NCBI RefSeq assembly: GCF_964204645.1
Contig: NC_134025.1
Location: 26,392,299 to 26,456,298, forward strand
Origin: Tubulanus polymorphus
Lineage: Eukaryota > Animalia > Nemertea
Direction of reading: 5' to 3'
Length of the DNA stretch: 64,000 nt
Shown in pieces: positions 54,401 to 64,000 of the stretch. Within the stretch, counting starts at the first letter, position 1, and each line of letters starts with the position of its first letter. The notes below the pieces were generated by a model, which saw nothing but the letters and a program-made list of their open reading frames with translations, was not told the origin of the DNA and did no database searches. The position numbers were made by a program, and so were the translations under genes.

Positions 54401-57400
54401 GTATAGACCTCTATATCACTAACTATGCGTGTAGCATATTCGTGAATAATAAATTCTATCCTATATTTTATCTTCACCTTAGCGTCTTCTTATATCATGC
54501 TTACGCGTAGTCTCATTGGAAAATGCCATTCTAATGTGGATACAGCATTAGGATACTAGTTTTTGGATTTGTTGTGTGGATTTTGCATTTCAATCTATAT
54601 ACTTAGATAACCTAGACGAAAATAAACAATTCCTGGGGATTTTTAATGCTGATTAGCGCAGAAACGAATCATAAGCAAAGCCATGGGCAGATCTGAGATA
54701 GAAGGAGTTAGCGTTGATGGTTATCTAGGGACTGATGTTATTGTTCAGTGTAGCCTAAATTGCTCGCCACTGTCGTAAATTAACATACTATCGGCGTAAT
54801 TGGAGAATGGTTAGTCTTATCATAAGATACTGCAGGGCTTCTTGTTAGGGACCCTTTATGCTACACTTTCTCAGGCAATTCTAATGACTCCACTTCGATA
54901 AAAACCCAGTGGCTGAATACGTAGCAAATCTCCAGCGTATAATTTCAGTATATAATTAATTAATGGATTTTACGGGCTACTTGGGCTATTAGTTGGTCTT
55001 ACGTATGCATGGTTTCATTGACAGATACACAGTGACAATATAACGTCCTAATAATCCGAAAATGATGGAATTTCGTGTCGATTTTTCTCCATTCGAGCAA
55101 ATCGAATTAAAAATCCATTTTCTAATGTTGATGTATTCCGTTTAATTAGCCTCATTTTGAAAGAACACTTGTTAGAAGCAATAGATTTCATTTGTAATAA
55201 CCCCCACTCGTGCAGGTTTGTGCTTTATCCTAGAAAAGTGATTACACTCCAACTCAACTAGAAATACCAGTTAGAATTAGAAGATTAATGGAGATTTATT
55301 GTCTATATTTTATTGCCCGCAGCCAATAAACCCTTCACTAGTTGTATTATGCGCCATGTATCTGAGGGTATTTGTGGAATTTGGTTATAAAATCTTATCA
55401 GAAAATGTTGTATCCTCCGTTGATGAGCATAATCCGTATATGTTAATATATCTATTCTTTCTTCACAATTTTTGGCCGACAGTATGTGACATTGCCGTGG
55501 TTATGTTGCTTCTGTTTTACACTTTAAATATATGCATTTCAGATAATGAACGAATTGCCTATTCTGTTTGACCAATGTATGTATAAAGCACATATGACCG
55601 CGAGTCTCACAGCGCAAATAACAGAAGTGCCTATCAAATAATTGTAGACTCGCTGTGCGCTCGCTGAATTTCTATTGCTGTACAGATTATCCACATAACT
55701 AATCTTTCCTACTAATCCACGTAAACATTTCATAAGTCACAAACTCTAATCGCCTTGATTTCGATTCTATTATCCTTAATCATTAAAGTTTGTATGGAAA
55801 TGGAATCGGCGTTAAAAATATGTGGGGAAAAAGCGAGGCGTGGAAATAGATAGGCCCGGTTCAAATTGGTGACAGTTCGTCCAAATGTCTGGAATTTATG
55901 GGCTCAAGAATTGTGCGCACATATTCGAGGATCACAGACAATATCGAATTGCATAAAGAAAGTTCTCAGACTAATTTATATACATATACATTGTACGCGT
56001 GTATATTTCTGTTGTCGAACAAAATGTGCTATGTAACTGGCAAAAAAACATGTATCAACGCTACAGGAGACCTGAATTAAGTTTGAAATTTCTTAAAGGT
56101 AAGCGGAGCTAATAGACAGTTAATGAGACGTCTAAACTGAAGGAAATTGCCGAAGAACAGGAATTTGAAGTAATGCTTACTATTTCAACTGATCGATAAA
56201 TTGCCGTAGGGATCAGTACCTAGTTCAAAGAGCTCTTCCTAAAATCTTCCAAGCAAAATTATGTCCATTTGCGTATAAATAGTTTCTGCCGAATACTTTC
56301 ACAGGGAAATCTTGATGCTGAAATATTTTCACACTCCCAGGATTTTTTGATAACAGGAAGTCTGTCGTTTATTGATAAAATTGTCGATGAATACGAATGA
56401 TTTCGGCAATTTTTGATCTACAAAAGATGTCGTTATCGGTCTGTCGTGGCAATATACCGAATATCGATCGAGCATTGACGAATCATGATCAAATTTCATT
56501 GGATATCGATTCGCTATTGATCTACGATGTTTATGGCAAAATAATTATTTGGACAGTTTGCTGAAACGAGCGTTAAACTGATACAGCTCAGTCGCCTGAT
56601 CTTCGTGTGTCATTGGCAATTTGCGAATCGATCGGTACAACTGGAATCCTTCACAATTTCAAAATCCAACTTCTTAACCGCGTGCCTTACTTATTTCCAA
56701 GGTCAGCGCCATTCTTTTTCCTTTAAAAGTAATGCGACTGGCGTCACAGCGTGTCATATTGGTGCTATGTGACGGCCAGTATGACGCGAGTGACCAGTAC
56801 GTGCATCATATACCAACCTCTATACCATAATTTGAAGGCATTATTTGCATCAATATGTTTGTCGTTTCGGTGTGTATTACCCGAAGCCACTGATGCATTG
56901 TTTCATGTACGTAGAGATAGTTTTATTTCATCTTAGACCTTCCACGTAGGCGTAGGTTTTATCATAGACTATATCTTTCTCTAATGGGAGATTGTCTTTT
57001 GCAACAATTTGTCGTCCACGCATTATTATATAGATTTTGATAATGTGATGAAATTCAGTATCTGGTTTGACTAGAATTTTCTTTTCATCTGATCCTCAAT
57101 ATTTATTCATTGATAACAACTTCGCATAATATTATCTTATCATTTTGATAAGTCCCTTTTTTATGAATTATTTTTATTTTTAAATACATATACTTGAATC
57201 TATACGTGATTGAGTGTTCTATGACAGTTTGTTTACTTGACATTTGAGACAGAAGAAAAATTTCAGATGGATGTAATTAATAGGAATTGATAAAGCCATC
57301 CCTGGCTCATCAAATATTAATTGCCTCCTCCTGTCAACACAAAGCTACGATTCATGCTTTCATTATCGACTAATTATTGGTTGACGCGGGAGTATAGAGC

Positions 57401-57747
57401 TCACTTGCCTGCACTACGGTATGGATGTGGTCGGTACTTCACATAGTAGGGGCCATTGAAAAAACGCATTCTTTTATTCAAAGAGAATGCTTTACAGCAC
57501 GGACGTGTGTGACGTGGATAATAATTTGATCGCAAAATCCTCCGCCAAAGTCTTGAAAATTAAAGAGGCGCAAAGACGTTTGAAGAACTAGCAAAGCGAT
57601 GATAAAGACCTGTAAGCTACTTAAAAAGGAATTTTTTGTCTTATATCGATTTCATGACATGTTTTCTCACCCATCACCACAGAAATACCCAGATTGTTTT
57701 AGTTCTTTGCAGTAACTCGATAAGGGTTAGACACAGTTAAATACTGC

Positions 57748-57903
<156 letters not shown>

Positions 57904-60900
57904 CTTAACCGACTGACTGATAGTACATCTATACTCTCTGCCTGGTTTACAGCTCAAAAACCAATTCAGAACCCCGTTAAGGCATTTTAGCACATTAGGA
58001 TCAATCTGGTCGCTATGAAGGCTTTTACTTCTTTTAAATTACTGTTTCACACTTAAAAATCATGTCATCGAGTACTCGTTATATCCAAGAAAGAACAGCT
58101 TGTAGAATTCAAACACGCATGAACGTATTGCCATTAATACCAGTTTAAAACATAAATCATTGATTAGGGTCAGTCGGTCTATGTGCTGAACATAAGAAAA
58201 GCTTTCGGGCAATTCTTTCTTCTTCGCATCGAACCTTGAGAAATAGAGAGAGTTTAACTGATTGGTTAATTCATTGCCGCAATTCTGTTTTTAAGGCTAA
58301 CATCCTGTCAAATTATCTGTAGAAAGAATAATGATCTCGCATTTTCTCTTTTCGAATGTGTTTGCTGGCAGCATGACAAATTTGATGGTCATTAAATCTG
58401 CCTCATTTACCATGTAATGTTCGCATCAGATGGTTGCCCTAGCCTCATTGAATTCACATTCAGTCCTCTGACTGGAAATCCCTTGGCTTTCCTGAATCGT
58501 TCTGCTTGTTAAATCTCAATCATGTGTAACGAATCTGTGGTAATACAACATGTCCTGCGATCAGCACTTCTGTTGATTGGTGATGAGACTGAGACATGCA
58601 ATTGTTGGCTATATCGCTGAAACAACCAATTCCTCTTATAATTACCAATTCCCGTCCAGCTTACACATATGTATTTAGACAATGACATCGATACCATTTC
58701 GGGCCTATAACTTTGACTAGATTGAGTTTTTTAAGTTCTTAACACGAAATAATCGTGTGATTCACGACGTTTTGCAAATGTTTTGTTCAAATTTACGGAA
58801 CACCAAAAACGGAGAATTTGAGATCACAGAAAATGAGGGATATTACAACGAATAGTAATTGTTGTTAAATGCGGTATGCATGTGTTTTCTAAGAATTGGG
58901 AATCGGGGTTGCATTAAATCTTTAGAATCGTGAAATTTAAGTAGGTTCGCCTTTCAATGCTATTTTTCTCATAATAAACTCAACAACGAATTTGATTATT
59001 TTTGTTTTTTCGATTCAGTCCATAATCACAAGGTAAAAAGCTATCATTGATGAAGTCATGCTCTGATTATAATGGTGCACCTTGCTTTACTGACAAAATC
59101 AAAAACAGGTTCCTCTGAATAGCTCGGTAGCGATAATTACATTAAAGATATATTTCTGGCCATTATTTTCTGTATAACTTTCCACTTTATGATCAAAACA
59201 AATTCAACACTTCTACACGTACTACTTAATTCAGGTAGCTATTGTATATTGCCAGTAGTTGACACTGTTCTTTTCGTAATGTTCTTTATATATCCGAAAA
59301 GAATCTCATTGGCGGTTCAAAAGCAGTTCACATACTGAATACGAGTTGAATAATGGGAAAGTAATAATGGCGTCGGCGGACCCAGAATGTAAGTTGGGTT
59401 ATCGTTTATTTTCAGATTATAGTAGAAAATCGAGCGAAAAATGAAATTGAAATATGTAGCTATTTGTAAGGATGTCGGTCTGTTGAAAAACAATTTGCAT
59501 TTCATTTTTCGTTAGCGGCGTATATAAATCGTTTTCATATCGAATGTACTAGCTCGAATAAAAGGTGTCGGCGTATGAGATTAGATACTATCAGGATCTA
59601 TTCATAGATGGCACACTGGTGAGCGTGAAGATTTTCACAGCAGGCTGTGGCGATTTCCACAGACAGAATTTCCACGATAACTGGAAATGTAGATCAACAA
59701 TTTCACGAAGTCTCACGTTCAGGAACTTCCGCTTGCTTATCACTTTCGGGAAAAATATTTCCTACGTTTATATCAAATGAGTGAATTCGAAAAAGTATTT
59801 TCATCATTCATTTCAAATCGATGAATTCGGATGCTACGACTTAGTAATCGTGCATAATCTAAATGTACGAAAATATGCAACATCTTGTGTATTTCCAAGA
59901 GAAGTGGAAAATCGACTTATCAATAATTGGAAAAATTCTGGCGAGCGCGTAACTTTCTAGAATGTTATATCACTGTTATTTCTGTAAACATCTCTGTTTT
60001 GTGTTACTGCGATTTGATATGTCTCACGTCGCGATCTAAATTGAGAAAGACGAACACATTGCCTGCAGTTAGAATAATAATAACATCGATAATATTTTAT
60101 GTTTACGCGCGATGGTTTTTATAAGGTGAAAAGGTGTAGCTTATAGTTTGTATGATGTCAGACGATCATGATATATATTTGTGAGCGAGCCTCGCGTCAG
60201 AAATAAGCAACGTTCAGACTTAAAGTGACAATGCTTGGCTACAGCTGCACTTCGTATCCATAGCAACTGGAAACTTGTGTTCTGTGACAGTGAAACAATC
60301 TTTGTTCCGTTGACACAGCCAAACAATGTGGTTTATTTGACACGCGATCTGATGGGCAGCGTACGATAAATTTTTACCGAGATGGACATGCGATCGATGT
60401 CCATCTGTGCAGTCAGCGGTAAGCGTCGATGATGCACCAACCGGAGATTCTCAAGCTGAAGACACACTTGCAAATAAAAGATTTTCAACCGAATTATCAG
60501 TCATTCCAGATTAAGCGTTGGGGGATCGTGTTTAGGACACTTTGGCTGTCCTTTTTACAAAAATCTACTTAACTGAATATATACACTGCTAGCATCGAGG
60601 CCGTGAAGATTTCACGCGATTGGCAGGTTGATTCTTCTGTAAAGTTCACTAATTACTTAGTGCAGGAACCATAAATTGTAAGCTTGACCACAGGTATATA
60701 CATTCGGTGGTGTATTTAATGTTAATTTCTATTGAATAGTATTAACGATTTCTGATATGGAGGAAAAAAGCAGGATTACTACCGCTGTTGCTCGGTTAGG
60801 CAAGTGACTGTAAGAAAAATCAATTCATTCTCCTCTCCTGTTGCATACGCTATAATCGCAATCAAAATCTCACTCGGAATGGATAAACTTGCTCTACTTC

Positions 60901-62632
60901 AGTCTCAAAGGATGAAGAAAGGTACGTTCTTGAACCTTTTGGTTTATGAATTTGAGTTTCGTCTGTATTCTGGTACGGATAAGTGTTTTATAATGGATAG
61001 CACCGGATAGCACTGAAGGTTCTCAAGATGTTGCTTTTTGTTTCTTGTGTTGCTTTCTGAACAGCGGTGATGTCTGATTATAAAGGGTCTTTCGGTTGTA
61101 GACAAGGCCGATACTTTTCAGAAATGTCTTGTTTTTATTAGGTTTAAACGTAGACAGGTCATTATGGGTTATCAAACACTTTTCATCTCCTGTAAGTTAT
61201 TTAGAGCAAGGCACTGTCTTTGATTTATTTATATGTTATACGAATTTGTCGCAGACTTCACGCACTGATTTTGGACATGTGTGTGCACTATCATTCCCAA
61301 TTAGAATGGTCTGTACACATCGATTCTACCCGTCACTCGGAATTTAATGGAGATGACGAAAAGTGATGACGAGTAGAATTATTATTAACTAGTAATTAAT
61401 CATAATATTAGTAACAGCTGCATTTCATGCGGGATCATCAGCTTCGTTTTATGTCGGCACGAAATAATTTCCATAATGTGATATCTATTGAACTGAAAAT
61501 CGATGAAGGATGTGGTGTAGAAATTGTTTTATTCACTAGATATTGAAAAACGATTTAAACCGTACTCTTTATGGCGTTATAAGTAATGCTTTCCTTGTAA
61601 ATCTGTTTAAGTGTACAACTCGTAACAGTTCGGATATCGGCCCCCATCTTCGATAAACGACGTTGTCACTTGTACTGATGAATGTACTCTCGTCAATTTG
61701 CGGCTGAGGAGCTTAAGATTTATATCCATAATGACCATATCCTCCGAGTCAACTCGATGGAATGCGTGTTTTGAAATTGAATTTCATCGAATCCCCGCGT
61801 AGTAAATGTATATGTTCAAGTGTGATGTACAAATCCTTGTCCCAAATAGCCTCGATTGTTATTGTGGATTTCTCACTGCGTTGAAATGGAATTGCCACGC
61901 ATTTACCATTTCATCAAAGTAATTACAGAGTAGAATATCATTGCAGTTATGGAAATATTTCTGCAGATGGGTGAATTTGGTCTGTGATTTGGCGATATTA
62001 GCACACGGCTACCATAACATCGAGTTGCGTAGCTCGAAGGGATCGCCGAGTTAAACCGTATAATCAGGATTAAAGTTGCCCGCGTGTTGCTGGTTCGGTC
62101 ATTACCAAAGAGAAATGCTTACGAGATGCGGAACTGCTGTTGGCAATGACAAGCAAGAAATATATGTGCAAATTGACCGCCTCGTGTACACTGTCTGCCA
62201 CCCCCTTATTATAGGTATATAGATGAAATATCTTATGCTAACAAAATACCGTTCGCGAAAAGAAAATTTTACGATATTTTCATTAAAAACCGTTTAAAGA
62301 CAAAATGGCTATCCTATTTAAAAGGTTATTTTCGAAATAATTTATCACGTCCGACCTCATTTATAATTAGCAGAAGCGGGAAACAATGTGTCATCTACAC
62401 TTCACTGGATTTCCAACTATTCTTTAATGAAGATGTGTCAAATATGTGGTTCCCTCCATTAATCATTTTGATTAATTTCACGGTGTTATGCAGTAAAAAT
62501 GGACGAACATTTGTTAAACTGGCAAGGAAAATTTCTTTCGAACCTATCATGGTTATAGCGTCATAGTAACGATCAATAGTGAGTTCATGTACATATAATA
62601 ACACGTATAAGCTAATTTTCTCTGAATTGCAG

Positions 62633-62669
62633 CAGACAGTATGGGTCAGCTGCTGAACTGTTCAAATTG
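62633..62669 (+). other. Candidate small exon with NAGNAG acceptor
   Basis: GCTAAT branch-like motif, TGCAGCAG acceptor and donor TTG|GTAAGG; contains ATG GGT CAG CTG CTG AAC TGT (MGQLLNC). Confidence 0.3.
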
Positions 62670-64000
62670 GTAAGGTAATAATTTTAGTCGACTGATTGGT
62701 GATTTCATAGAGATTTGATTTGGATGATTGAGTGGAAACGAGAAAACTCTATTCAGTCAGAAGTTGCATATAATGTTTACTGATTTCACTTATATATATT
62801 TGAATGGTTGCTCTCTTCAAAATAGTGAATAGGTCCATCTCTAGTCCGCTGTATTTGACATCTCTAGTCCACTCGTTGTGTGTCTATTTCATGATGAATT
62901 CACTATCCGATGCGCTAGCTGACAATACTGCGACTTGATTATCCATTTTGCTCTGCTCAAGATATTTATTACCCTCTGCAATTTCATCAAAGATACTAGT
63001 GTCCAATAAAAGAGGTGTCGTCACTGCATTCAATAGAAAGGCCAAGCAATATCCTGAAGCCCATATTGAATTGAGCATGATTTTCTTCATTCAGACGAGT
63101 AATGGTTTTTATGGCTATATTTTGAGACCAGTGGTTCCGATTAGATTTGCTCGGCTTGATATATACATGCATTTGTCAGTGGCCCTCTGTGTCAAAAGGT
63201 GTCGTGTGAAAGTATGGAACGTCACAGACACGGCCTGCGTCTTAAAGCGTCGTGTGAAAGTTTGGAAAATTCAAAATAAACTGAATTTTGAAAAGTATTA
63301 ATTGCTTCTCGGAGTGAACGACTCCTCTAATGATTATATATGGCTTCCGTTCAGATTTGTGAAGCCAATAGAGTTTGACCTTTATTCTTTTTCATTTGAA
63401 GCCATATATGATTTCAAACGCAGATAAGGCTGGGAATTTTATTTGATTTCTTTTGAAAGTCTTCGCTGCATGTCGCAGTTTCCTACAGATATTTTATTTC
63501 CACATTGTAACTCATATGATATTACTTTTGATTTCCTGAGCTGTCAATTTTACTGATCCATTTTCATGTGTTCCGGAAATTTAGTCAATGTATGAGCTCG
63601 ATGTATGCAATAAATAATTATATAATGTCCTCTGGTCCATTCACAATTTAAAGAGGCTATTCATTGAACTTGACACTTATATGTGATTCATCTTGGATTT
63701 ACTGGAATAAAAATTCATCGGCATCTTATCTTGCTAGGGACCTTATGAATAGAATTACGAATCATGCTTTCTTCGTATCCCACTATCTAATTATATATAA
63801 TACGTAAATATATGTTGCCAAAGTTACACGTATCGGTAAATTATGAAAGTTGCTAGGATATATCGAAAGACAATGTTGTTAGTTCTGCGATAGGGCGAGC
63901 GCGATCGAGTCCGATACCTCGATCAGAAATGACCGCTAGTGTGGTATATTTGACTTATGATTTATACCCTTTCTGACTAATATCACCATCATTAGGTTAT

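Overview
This is AT-rich eukaryotic (invertebrate-like) genomic DNA with GT-AG introns; there is no prokaryotic operon, CRISPR array or rRNA. (1) A complete ZW10 kinetochore/NRZ-complex gene lies on the minus strand: 7 coding exons at 3635-7135, all splice phases consistent, 761 aa. A probable leader exon at 7452-~7555 carries an ATG that opens a 72-codon alternative-frame ORF resembling a mitochondrial presequence and overlapping the ZW10 start. (2) A CpG-poor, repeat-rich and probably transposon-derived block spans ~8.1-13.2 kb. (3) From ~13.7 kb to the end of the window is what appears to be the long-intron 5' region of a plus-strand PDE1-family (Ca2+/calmodulin-dependent phosphodiesterase) gene. 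It has several alternative N-terminal exons ending in phase 1, including a myristoylation/palmitoylation-type exon and an exon resembling the N-terminus of the long vertebrate PDE1C isoform. RFX X-boxes, full CRE sites and candidate microexons are also present; the catalytic core is not in the window. The rest is introns with MITE/Helitron remnants and (AT)n microsatellites, and most ORFs in the supplied track are spurious. Homology calls are from memory, not from database searches.
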